A stretch of DNA of 64,000 nucleotides from an uncultured Planctomycetia bacterium (GTDB lineage Bacteria; Omnitrophota; Gorgyraeia; Tantalellales; Tantalellaceae): positions 265 to 64,264 of the forward strand of contig CAYPCX010000008.1 of assembly GCA_964409365.1 (NCBI GenBank), written 5' to 3'. The notes under the pieces are model-generated. The model did not search any database. It was not told the origin of the DNA and saw only the letters and a list, made by a program, of their open reading frames with translations. This document shows, in pieces, positions 10,837 through 18,813 of the stretch; the first letter of the stretch is position 1; every line of letters begins with the position of its first letter. The position numbers and the translations under genes were made by a program.

Positions 10837-11867
10837 TTGTTTTTTCCCTTCCCTTTCGTGATCCTGATCAACTGGTCGAGCTTTCGCATGGCGCTGCCGG
10901 AATCGATCGACCGCGCCGCCAGCCTCACGCCTTCTTTAAAGCCGCGCGCCTTACCCGCGGCAACAAGGGCGACAGCCGAATTCATCAGCACGACATCCCG
11001 TTTCGCCCCTTTCCTGCCGGAAAGGACCCCGCGGACCATAGCGGCGTTCCCCCTGACCGTGCCTCCCTTTATGGCCTTCAGTGAGGCCTTTTTCACACCG
11101 AACGTCGCGGGAGAGACGTTGTAGGTAGTGACCCTTCCTCCCTTGAGCTCGCTGATCCTGGTCTTGCCGACCACCGAGACCTCATCAAGCGGGCCGTCGC
11201 CGTGCACCACGAACGCGCGTCTGGATCCCAGTCTTTTGAGGACCCTGGCCAGTATTTCCGTCAGTCCCGGGTCATATACGCCCAGCACCTGGTACTTAGC
11301 CGACGCCGGGTTGCACAAGGGGCCCAGGATATTGAATATCGTCCTTATGCCTATCTCCCTGCGCGGACCGATGGCGTAACGCATCGCCCCGTGATAAAGC
11401 GGCGCGAAAAGGAACCCTATCCCTACTTTGTTGACGCATCTCTCGGTCGCTTTCACGGGCGTATCAAGTTTCACGCCGAGCTCCTCAAGCACGTCGGCGC
11501 TCCCGCAATGGCTGGAGACGCCCCTGTTGCCGTGCTTTGCCACCTTGACCCCGCAGCCGGCCACGACAAAAGCCGCGGTCGTGGAAACGTTGAAAACCTT
11601 CGTCCCGGTACCGCCCGTCCCGCAGGTATCAAGAACGGAGGCCGACCTGCCGGATACCTTTATCTTCGCGGCCTTTTCACGCATGACCTTCGCGGCACCC
11701 GTTATCTCGTCCACCGTCTCCCCCTTCATACGCAGGGCGGTTATGAAAGCCCCTATCTGAGAAGGGGCGGCTTTTCCGCCCATTATCTCGTTAAAAACGG
11801 AACGGGTCTCGTTCTCGGTAAGGTCTTCAAACCCGACTACTTTACTGATCGCTTTCTTTATTTTCAT
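10833..11867 (-). CDS. trpD: Anthranilate phosphoribosyltransferase
   Basis: DTCGTGG, FNVST, KHGNRGVSS..GSAD, RTIFNILGPL.NP. Confidence 0.98.
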   Translation of the reverse strand: MKIKKAISKVVGFEDLTENETRSVFNEIMGGKAAPSQIGAFITALRMKGETVDEITGAAKVMREKAAKIKVSGRSASVLDTCGTGGTGTKVFNVSTTAAFVVAGCGVKVAKHGNRGVSSHCGSADVLEELGVKLDTPVKATERCVNKVGIGFLFAPLYHGAMRYAIGPRREIGIRTIFNILGPLCNPASAKYQVLGVYDPGLTEILARVLKRLGSRRAFVVHGDGPLDEVSVVGKTRISELKGGRVTTYNVSPATFGVKKASLKAIKGGTVRGNAAMVRGVLSGRKGAKRDVVLMNSAVALVAAGKARGFKEGVRLAARSIDSGSAMRKLDQLIRITKGKGKNK

Positions 11868-11876
11868 GTTCCCCCG

Positions 11877-12446
11877 TCAATTTATCCCAATAAAGTTCCT
11901 GAGAAGGTTCATTCCTTCTTCCGTCAGTATGGACTCGGGATGGAACTGCACGCCCCATACGGGCCTGTTCACATGCTTCACTCCCATTATCTCTTCCTCG
12001 TCTTCCGTCCATGCCACCATCTTCAGCGGCTCCTTCAGCGATCCCGGCTCGATGATAAGCGAATGGTACCTCGTGGCCGTGAACGGTGACGGGACTCCCT
12101 TGAAAATACCTTCGCCGGTATGCGCCACCGGGCTCACCTTGCCGTGCATTATCCTTGACCCCCTTACGACCTTTGCCCCGTAAACTTCCGCTATACACTG
12201 GTGGCCCAGGCAAACACCGAGTATAGGCACCCTGTCGGCGAAGACCCGTATCACTTCTTTCGATATGCCGGCATCACCGGGCCTGCCGGGACCCGGCGAT
12301 ATGACTATTCTTTCAGGCGAAAGCTTCTCTATCTCTTTTAGGGTGATCTTGTCGTTGCGGTAGACCTCTAACCTTTCGCCAAGCTCTCCCAGATACTGGA
12401 CGAGGTTATACGTGAACGAATCGTAGTTGTCGATCACAAGTATCAT
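11877..12446 (-). CDS. trpG: Anthranilate synthase component II (glutamine amidotransferase)
   Basis: MILVIDNYDSFTYN, SPGPG, GVCLGHQ, RYHSL, QFHPES; start 12446 overlaps the trpE stop (ATGA). Confidence 0.96.
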   Translation of the reverse strand: MILVIDNYDSFTYNLVQYLGELGERLEVYRNDKITLKEIEKLSPERIVISPGPGRPGDAGISKEVIRVFADRVPILGVCLGHQCIAEVYGAKVVRGSRIMHGKVSPVAHTGEGIFKGVPSPFTATRYHSLIIEPGSLKEPLKMVAWTEDEEEIMGVKHVNRPVWGVQFHPESILTEEGMNLLRNFIGIN

Positions 12447-13921
12447 CCGAGACCTTCCTCGGCGAACTCTATCGCTTTTATCATGGCCATCGCCTTGTTC
12501 ATGGTCTCCTGGTACTCCCTTACGGGGTCGGAATCGAGAACTATTCCGGCGCCCGCCTGGATGTACGCCGTGTCGCCGCACATGACTATAGTCCTTATCG
12601 TTATGCACAGGTCGATGTTCCTGGAAAAACTGAAATACCCGACGCTGCCGGCGTAAGGGCCCCGTCTTATGTTCTCCAGCTCGTCGATTATTTCCATCGC
12701 CCTGACCTTCGGGGCGCCCGTCACGGTACCGGCCGGGAACGTCGCCCTTACCAGGTCGAAAACGTCCTTATCTTCTCTCAGTTTGCCCACGACATCGCTC
12801 ACTATGTGCATGACGTGCGAATACCTCTCGATCCTCATGACCTCCCGCGGCTTTACGCTTGAATATTCGCACACCCTGCCGATGTCGTTCCGGCCCAGGT
12901 CGAGGAGCATTATATGCTCGGCCCTTTCCTTCGGGTCGGCCAGAAGCTCTTTCTCGAGCCGCAGGTCTTCTTCCTCGTCCTCGCCGCGCGGGCGCGTGCC
13001 CGCTATAGGCCTTACCTCGACAAGCCCGTCCTCGCACCTGACAAGTATCTCGGGGGACGACCCGATCAGCCGGTACTCGCCGAGCTTCAGGTAGAACATG
13101 TAAGGCGACGGGTTGATGGACCTGAGAGCCCTGTATATCGAGAAAGCGTCCGCTTTCGTCCGCCTTTTCAGCCTCTGCGAAAGGACGGTCTGGATAATAT
13201 CGCCCGCCCGTATATATTCTTTCGCGGCCTCTACTATCTTGCCGAACCCTTTCTCCGTGAAATTGGATTCGATCTCCGTTGACTTCGCGTTAGGCGGCGT
13301 TTCCCCGCCGCCCGCTTCCTTCCTTTGCAGCTTATCGATTATATTATCTATTTTCGCGCAGGCCTTGTCGTAAGCCTCTCGCGGGTCGTCTTTCTCCACG
13401 AGGGAATTCGAGACGACTTTTATCTTATGGTCGACATGGTCGAAAATAAGGATAGTGTCCGTGAACATGAACTGCATGTCGGGTATATCGAAATCGTCGC
13501 GGTTCTCATCCGGTATATCCTCGATGAACCGGACCATGTCATAGCCCATGTAACCGACCAGCCCCCCGCAGAACCTCGGCAGCCCTTTTACGCTGACGTA
13601 ACGGAACCTGTCCATGAACTTCTTGATCTCGCCTATGGGGTCTTCCCCGGCCTTGTAGGAATCCACTTTATCGCCGCGCCTCACGCTGATATTGTTCCCC
13701 TTGCTCTCGAACACGACGGCCGGTTTGCTGCCGAGGAAAGAATAACGGGCCATGTTCTCGCCCCCCTCGACGGACTCGAGCAGATAGCTGAAGTTCCCCT
13801 CGTCTATCTTCATGAAGGCCGAAAGCGGCGTCTCGAAGTCCGCGAGAAGCTCCCTGTAGACCGGGATCACGTTACCCTTCTTCGCAAGCTCTATGAATTT
13901 TTCCTTATCCGGATAATACAT
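12443..13921 (-). CDS. trpE: Anthranilate synthase component I
   Basis: LLES (Trp feedback site), NPSPYM, SSPE, PIAGT, EHIMLLDLGRND, PAGTVTGAPK, QAGAGIV. Confidence 0.97.
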   Translation of the reverse strand: MYYPDKEKFIELAKKGNVIPVYRELLADFETPLSAFMKIDEGNFSYLLESVEGGENMARYSFLGSKPAVVFESKGNNISVRRGDKVDSYKAGEDPIGEIKKFMDRFRYVSVKGLPRFCGGLVGYMGYDMVRFIEDIPDENRDDFDIPDMQFMFTDTILIFDHVDHKIKVVSNSLVEKDDPREAYDKACAKIDNIIDKLQRKEAGGGETPPNAKSTEIESNFTEKGFGKIVEAAKEYIRAGDIIQTVLSQRLKRRTKADAFSIYRALRSINPSPYMFYLKLGEYRLIGSSPEILVRCEDGLVEVRPIAGTRPRGEDEEEDLRLEKELLADPKERAEHIMLLDLGRNDIGRVCEYSSVKPREVMRIERYSHVMHIVSDVVGKLREDKDVFDLVRATFPAGTVTGAPKVRAMEIIDELENIRRGPYAGSVGYFSFSRNIDLCITIRTIVMCGDTAYIQAGAGIVLDSDPVREYQETMNKAMAMIKAIEFAEEGLG

Positions 13922-13923
13922 CC

Positions 13924-13979
13924 CTCTTCCCTTTTTCCTTGTTACTTTTTCCTTTTTCCTTGTTACTTTTTACTTGTCA
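13924..13979. repeat. Heptamer tandem repeat (CTTkTTm x8)
   Basis: ctcttcc ctttttc cttgtta ctttttc ctttttc cttgtta cttttta cttgtca at the hisI/trpE junction; includes the hisI stop. Confidence 0.88.
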
Positions 13980-14362
13980 CTTTTTTTATATACGTCTTTC
14001 GGGTCGAATACCCGTTCCTCTTCGATAACGAACTCTCCGCTTTTGCCCATCTTCCTGAAATAACAGCTGAAGTATCCCTCGTGACAGGCCGCGCGCTCCT
14101 GCTTGACCCTGAAAAGAACGGAATTGTCGGCGCAGTCTATGAACACTTCCTTCACTGTCTGAACGCATCCGGAAGTCTCCCCCTTCAGCATGACGCGCCC
14201 CTTCGAGCGGCGGAAGACGTATATCTTCCCTTCGGCAAGCGTCTTCTCCAGAGCCTCCCTGTCCATGTAACATAAGGTAAGCACGCGAGAAGAATCCGCG
14301 TCCTGTATGACAGCGGGCACCAATCCCTTTTCGTCAAAATTGAGCGTATCCACGAACGACAT
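13970..14362 (-). CDS. hisI: Phosphoribosyl-AMP cyclohydrolase (monofunctional)
   Basis: [30 protein letters not shown]; no fused HisE domain. Confidence 0.95.
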   Translation of the reverse strand: MSFVDTLNFDEKGLVPAVIQDADSSRVLTLCYMDREALEKTLAEGKIYVFRRSKGRVMLKGETSGCVQTVKEVFIDCADNSVLFRVKQERAACHEGYFSCYFRKMGKSGEFVIEEERVFDPKDVYKKSDK

Positions 14363-14365
14363 ATC

Positions 14366-15124
14366 TTACTCCCTTATTGTTACACCCTTCTTCTTCAAGT
14401 ATCTTTTTACTTCCGCGATCGTGAACTCTTTGAAATGGAAAACAGACGCGGCCAGGGCCGCATCCGCCTTACCGTCGGTGAGCGCCTCTAAAAAATGCTC
14501 CAGCGTCCCGCACCCGCCCGAAGCTATAACGGGTATACGCACCGCCTCGCTTACCGCCCGCGTGAGTTCCACGTCGTATCCGTCTTTCGTGCCGTCGCGG
14601 TCCATGCTCGTAAGCAGGATCTCGCCGGCGCCCAGGCTCTCGGCCTTCCGGGCCCACTCCAGGGCGTCTATCCCGGTCGCGTCGCGGCCGCCCCTGACGT
14701 AGACCTCCCAGCTGCCGCCGGCCCTTCTTTTGGCGTCTATCGCGACCACTATGCACTGCGAACCGAACCTCGTGCTCGCTTCGCTTATGAGATCCGGCCT
14801 TTCCACGGCGGAGGTGTTGATAGAGACCTTGTCACAGCCCGCATTCAGGAGCTGGCGTATATCCTCGTTGGAGGATATGCCTCCTCCCACCGTGAACGGC
14901 ATGAACACCTGCTCCGCCACCCTGGCCACGACGTCCACCATCGTCTTCCTTTTCTCGTGGCTCGCCGTGATGTCCAGGAACACCAGCTCGTCGGCGCCTT
15001 CGTCGTTGTACACCTTGGCGTTCTCGACGGGGTCGCCGGCGTCGCGGAGGTTCACGAAATTGACCCCCTTGACGACACGGCCGTCCTTGACGTCAAGACA
15101 CGGTATTATCCGCTTTGCCAGCAT
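14366..15124 (-). CDS. hisF: Imidazole glycerol phosphate synthase, cyclase subunit
   Basis: [44 protein letters not shown]. Confidence 0.99.
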   Translation of the reverse strand: MLAKRIIPCLDVKDGRVVKGVNFVNLRDAGDPVENAKVYNDEGADELVFLDITASHEKRKTMVDVVARVAEQVFMPFTVGGGISSNEDIRQLLNAGCDKVSINTSAVERPDLISEASTRFGSQCIVVAIDAKRRAGGSWEVYVRGGRDATGIDALEWARKAESLGAGEILLTSMDRDGTKDGYDVELTRAVSEAVRIPVIASGGCGTLEHFLEALTDGKADAALAASVFHFKEFTIAEVKRYLKKKGVTIRE

Positions 15125-15833
15125 CTATCGCCTCCTTGAGATCGATCGTGCCCTCGTAAAGCGCGCGGCCTATTATGACGCCCGTAAGGCCCTTGTCCTC
15201 CAGCCTTTTCAGCTGGCGGATGTGGTCCAGCGTCTTTATCCCGCCCGCGGCGACAAGCTTGATCTTGACCTCGTCCAGGATCCTCTCTATATTCTCCACG
15301 GCTGGCCCCGTAAGCATGCCGTCCCTCTCGATATCCGTGTAGATTATCTCCTTGGCGCCGAACTTCACGAACCTGCTCAGTATATGAAAAAAATCATGGT
15401 GCGCGGCCTCTTCCCAGCCCTGCACGCGGGGGATGAAATCCTTGGCGTCAACGCTGAGTATGACCCTCTCCCGGAAATTCTGGACGCAGTCCCTCGCGAA
15501 ATCTATTTCCTGGAAAGCCTTGGACCCCACTATGACCCTCCACGCGCCGTGATCAAGGGCGTCCTTTATGTCTATCTCCCTGCGGTATCCTCCGCCCACT
15601 TCGACCGGTATGTTGACCGCTTTTGTTATTTCCCTTAGAACGGAGACGTTCACGGGCTTGCCCTCTTTCGCCCCGTCAAGGTCCACCACATGCAGTATTT
15701 CCGCGCCGGCGCTCTCCCATCGCCTGGCGGCATCGACCGGTTCTATGTCATACTTAAGTTCCCGGTCGAACCTTCCCTGTTCGAGCCTGACGGTCTTTCC
15801 GTTGATTATATCCACAGCCGGTATCACTTTCAT
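15093..15833 (-). CDS. hisA: ProFAR isomerase
   Basis: [40 protein letters not shown]. Confidence 0.97.
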   Translation of the reverse strand: MKVIPAVDIINGKTVRLEQGRFDRELKYDIEPVDAARRWESAGAEILHVVDLDGAKEGKPVNVSVLREITKAVNIPVEVGGGYRREIDIKDALDHGAWRVIVGSKAFQEIDFARDCVQNFRERVILSVDAKDFIPRVQGWEEAAHHDFFHILSRFVKFGAKEIIYTDIERDGMLTGPAVENIERILDEVKIKLVAAGGIKTLDHIRQLKRLEDKGLTGVIIGRALYEGTIDLKEAIDAGKADNTVS

Positions 15834-15864
15834 ATCTTTACACTACTCCTTTTACCGTTACGGT

Positions 15865-16473
15865 TCAAAGTTCCGTGAAATTCCGCAAAAGCTTTATGCC
15901 GTTCTCCTGCGACCTCTCCGGGTGGAACTGTACGGCATAGATGTCGTCTTTCCAGAGCGCCGACGTGTAAGGGACGCCGTATTCGGTCCGGCCCGCCGTG
16001 CACTCGTCCTCCTCCGATATACAGTAGTACGAGTGAACGAAATAAAAATAACTTTCGTCCCCGATGCCCCTGAAGATCGGACAGTCATCCCTCATAAGCT
16101 TGACCGTATTCCACCCTATCTGAGGCACCTTGAACTTCGGGGTGGCGGGAAAAAGCTTCACTTCTCCGTCGATCAGGCCGAAACATTCGCATCCGCCGCT
16201 CTCCGCGCTCCGCTCGAAAAGGAGCTGAAGACCCAGACAGATGCCCAGAAAAGGTTTTCCCTTGTCTATGCCCTCCATGATCGGCTCAATGAGCCCCCTT
16301 TTTTCGAGGCCTTCCATCGCGTCCCTGGACGAACCGACCCCGGGAAGGACTAGTTTTTCCGCCTTCTCCAGGGACGCCGTGTCCTCGCAAACCTCGACGT
16401 CCTGCCCCAGATAACGGAAAGCGTTGTACACGCTGCGCAGGTTCCCCGAACCGTAATCGATAATTCCGATCAT
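15865..16473 (-). CDS. hisH: Imidazole glycerol phosphate synthase, glutaminase subunit
   Basis: IIDYGSGNL, LPGVG, GICLG, YFVHSY, QFHPERS. Confidence 0.98.
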   Translation of the reverse strand: MIGIIDYGSGNLRSVYNAFRYLGQDVEVCEDTASLEKAEKLVLPGVGSSRDAMEGLEKRGLIEPIMEGIDKGKPFLGICLGLQLLFERSAESGGCECFGLIDGEVKLFPATPKFKVPQIGWNTVKLMRDDCPIFRGIGDESYFYFVHSYYCISEEDECTAGRTEYGVPYTSALWKDDIYAVQFHPERSQENGIKLLRNFTEL

Positions 16474-16475
16474 AA

Positions 16476-16507
16476 TAGTTATGAGTTATGAGTTTTTAGT
16501 TTTTAGC
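16476..16507. repeat. Heptamer array, downstream arm of the inverted pair flanking the four-helix-bundle gene
   Basis: agttatg agttatg agttttt agttttt ag; its reverse complement aligns to 16879-16908 with 5 mismatches in 30 nt. Confidence 0.85.
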
Positions 16508-16857
16508 TACTTTAGTGATCGCTTTAAACCGCTTAACATTTTCGATATTTCAACCAACGTATCTTTAAAGTCATTAAATTTAGACTCACATATATATTGT
16601 TGATTAAAAGAAACCTCAAGAATCGCTGCACACTCAAAAACAGAACCTCTTGCTATGTCGAGAAAACGTTTAAATTCTTTACTTGCTCTTGACGATCCCT
16701 CAGCGATGTTTAGCAAAATAGACACAGCGGCTCTTCTCAACTGCTGCGTCAGGCCAAACAATTCCTCTTTTGGAAAATCCCTGGTTAGCAAATAAATATT
16801 ATCTACTAAATCGCTTGTTTTCCTATATATGTCTAATTTTTCAAAAGTGAACTTCAT
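16507..16857 (-). CDS. Four-helix-bundle protein (23S rRNA IVS protein / Avd-like family)
   Basis: FEKLDIY..IYLLTRDFPKEELFGLTQQLRRAAVSILLNIAEG..EFKRFLDIARGSVFE..ISKMLSGL; visibly more AT-rich than neighbouring genes. Confidence 0.92.
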   Translation of the reverse strand: MKFTFEKLDIYRKTSDLVDNIYLLTRDFPKEELFGLTQQLRRAAVSILLNIAEGSSRASKEFKRFLDIARGSVFECAAILEVSFNQQYICESKFNDFKDTLVEISKMLSGLKRSLK

Positions 16858-16862
16858 TTCCC

Positions 16863-16918
16863 AACCCAAAACTAACAGCTAACAACCAAGAACTAATAAC
16901 TAATAACTAACAACTACA
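16863..16918. repeat. Heptamer array (AACTAAY x~8), upstream arm of the inverted pair
   Basis: aacccaa aactaac agctaac aaccaag aactaat aactaat aactaac aactaca; includes the hisB stop. Confidence 0.88.
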
Positions 16919-17552
16919 ATATCCCCTTGCTCGAAGGCACTTCACCCGTCCTGCGCGGGTCGAGACGCGTAGCCCTGTCCAAAGCCACGCCAAGCGCCTT
17001 GAAGACCGCCTCCAGAAAGTGGTGCATGTCCCCTTCGCCCGCTATTTCGATGTGAAGGTTCATGCGTATGTTCTTGGCGAAACTCTCAAGAAGGTCCTTC
17101 GCCAGGTCTATCGAATACCCTTCCTTGGCTTCCACCGATATCGGATAACCGGTCGAGGTCTTCTCGCTGAAACTGAAAGCGTCCCTGTTAGAGACATCCA
17201 CAAGGACCTTCGCGCTGGCCATGTCCATCGGCACCTCGGCCGAGGCCATACGGGTTATGCCTTTGCAATCGCCCAGCGCTTTCTTGAACGCCTCTCCCAG
17301 GGCTATGCCGATATCCTCGTTCAGGTGATGCCTGTCCACGTGTGTATCGCCTTCCGCCTTTATCTTGATATCAAAATACCCGTGATAGGTAAAAAGCGTC
17401 AGCATGTGGTCGAGGAAACCGATCGAGGTCGAAATGTCACTCTGGCCCGTACCATCGATGTTCAGCAAAGGTATCTCGATCCGGGTCTCCTTGGACTTCC
17501 TTTCATAACTCGTTTTTCTTGCCGCTGTTTGCTTTTTCTCAAAAATAGCCAT
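16914..17552 (-). CDS. hisB: Imidazoleglycerol-phosphate dehydratase
   Basis: R.SKET.I, GFLDHML, D.HHLNEDIGI, PMD, HHFLEAVFKA, PSSKG.L. Confidence 0.96.
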   Translation of the reverse strand: MAIFEKKQTAARKTSYERKSKETRIEIPLLNIDGTGQSDISTSIGFLDHMLTLFTYHGYFDIKIKAEGDTHVDRHHLNEDIGIALGEAFKKALGDCKGITRMASAEVPMDMASAKVLVDVSNRDAFSFSEKTSTGYPISVEAKEGYSIDLAKDLLESFAKNIRMNLHIEIAGEGDMHHFLEAVFKALGVALDRATRLDPRRTGEVPSSKGIL

Positions 17553-17562
17553 ACCGCCTCCA

Positions 17563-17591
17563 TGTCAACCTGTTACCTGTTACCTGAACTA
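17563..17591. repeat. Short heptamer repeat (TGTTACC x2 plus degenerate units)
   Basis: gtcaacc tgttacc tgttacc tgaacta at the hisD/hisB junction. Confidence 0.65.
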
Positions 17592-18812
17592 TTCACATCT
17601 TACTTTAACGGAATCCCAGTGGTGTTCCATCTTCTCCAGTCCCGCCATCTCTTTCACCCACTCGGCCGAATTGCAAAGCGCCTTGCGGGAATAAGAAATG
17701 ACATGCGAGCTTTTGAAAAAATCCCTCAAATTCAGACCCGATGAATAACGCGCCGTCCCTCCTGTCGGCAGCACGTGGCTCGGCCCCGCGATATAATCGC
17801 CTATCGCCACCGGCGTGTACTGGCCGAGGAATATCGCCCCGGCATTCGTTATGTGCTTCAGCACCCTGTTCGGCGACTTCACCATGAGCTGCAGGTGTTC
17901 CGGGGCTATCATGTTCGATACCCTCGCCGCCTCCTCGAGGTTCTTCACCTTGATGATATAACCCTTGATGTCCGGGTCCCTGTAAAGGGCGTCGAACACT
18001 TTTTTAGAGGGCGTTACCAGCACCGACAGGCCCTTGTGGTGTTCCGCCTGCGCCATCAGGTCCCTCTTGAGGTAATCAAGGTTCGCATGATGGTTGGCGA
18101 TAACAAGCACCTCGCTCGGCCCCGCCAGCATGTCTATGTCGCAGTACCCGAAGACCTGCCGTTTCGCCTCGGTAACATACTCGTTGCCGGGACCGACTAT
18201 CTTGTCCACCTTCGGTATGGTCTTCGTCCCGAACGCGAGGGCGGCTACCGCCTGGGCGCCGCCTACTTTGTATATCTCGTCGACCTTCAGGAGGTTAGCC
18301 ACGACCAGTATATGCGGATCTATACTCTGGTACTTGTTGGGCGGAGAGACCATGACGATCTTTTTCACCCCCGCGATCCTGGCGGGCAGGACGGTCATGT
18401 ACACGCTGGAAGCCAGCGGGGCCGTCCCGCTGGGGACGTACACTCCCACTTTCTCTATCGGCTCGAACTTCTCCCCGAGCAATATGCCCGACTCATGCCT
18501 GATAGACCAGGACTTCGGTATCTGGTTCTTGTAGAACTTGTTGATGTTCCTGATTATCTCCTTCAGCGTGTTGACCATCTGGGGGCTCATGTCCTGGTAC
18601 GCCCCGCTTATCTCGGCTTCGGTCACCCGCAGGTCCTTCCTCTTCATGTTCACCCTGTCGAACCTGCCGGTATACCGTATAACGGCGTTGTCCCCTTCTT
18701 CCCGGACCTTCCCGATTATCGTGGCTACTTTCTTCTGCAGGCGTGCCCCGCCCTGTCCCCTGCGGTCCACCATGTTCTCGAACACCCTGCTGCCGACTAT
18801 CAAACGTTTCAT
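17589..18812 (-). CDS. hisD: Histidinol dehydrogenase
   Basis: GVYVPSG, GGAQAVAALAFG, GPGN.YV..AK, AGPSE, QAEH, APEHL, GDYIAGPSHVLPT. Confidence 0.98.
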   Translation of the reverse strand: MKRLIVGSRVFENMVDRRGQGGARLQKKVATIIGKVREEGDNAVIRYTGRFDRVNMKRKDLRVTEAEISGAYQDMSPQMVNTLKEIIRNINKFYKNQIPKSWSIRHESGILLGEKFEPIEKVGVYVPSGTAPLASSVYMTVLPARIAGVKKIVMVSPPNKYQSIDPHILVVANLLKVDEIYKVGGAQAVAALAFGTKTIPKVDKIVGPGNEYVTEAKRQVFGYCDIDMLAGPSEVLVIANHHANLDYLKRDLMAQAEHHKGLSVLVTPSKKVFDALYRDPDIKGYIIKVKNLEEAARVSNMIAPEHLQLMVKSPNRVLKHITNAGAIFLGQYTPVAIGDYIAGPSHVLPTGGTARYSSGLNLRDFFKSSHVISYSRKALCNSAEWVKEMAGLEKMEHHWDSVKVRCE

Positions 18813-18813
18813 A

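Noticed and set aside
12447-12608. N-terminal extensions in the ORF track for trpG (also recA, cinA, thpR, trpA, trpF)
   Set aside because: They overlap upstream genes or repeats; downstream ATGs match family N-termini and RBS or coupling positions.
16507-16857. Diversity-generating retroelement (Avd-like gene)
   Set aside because: No reverse transcriptase and no TR/VR pair with adenine-specific differences seen in the window.
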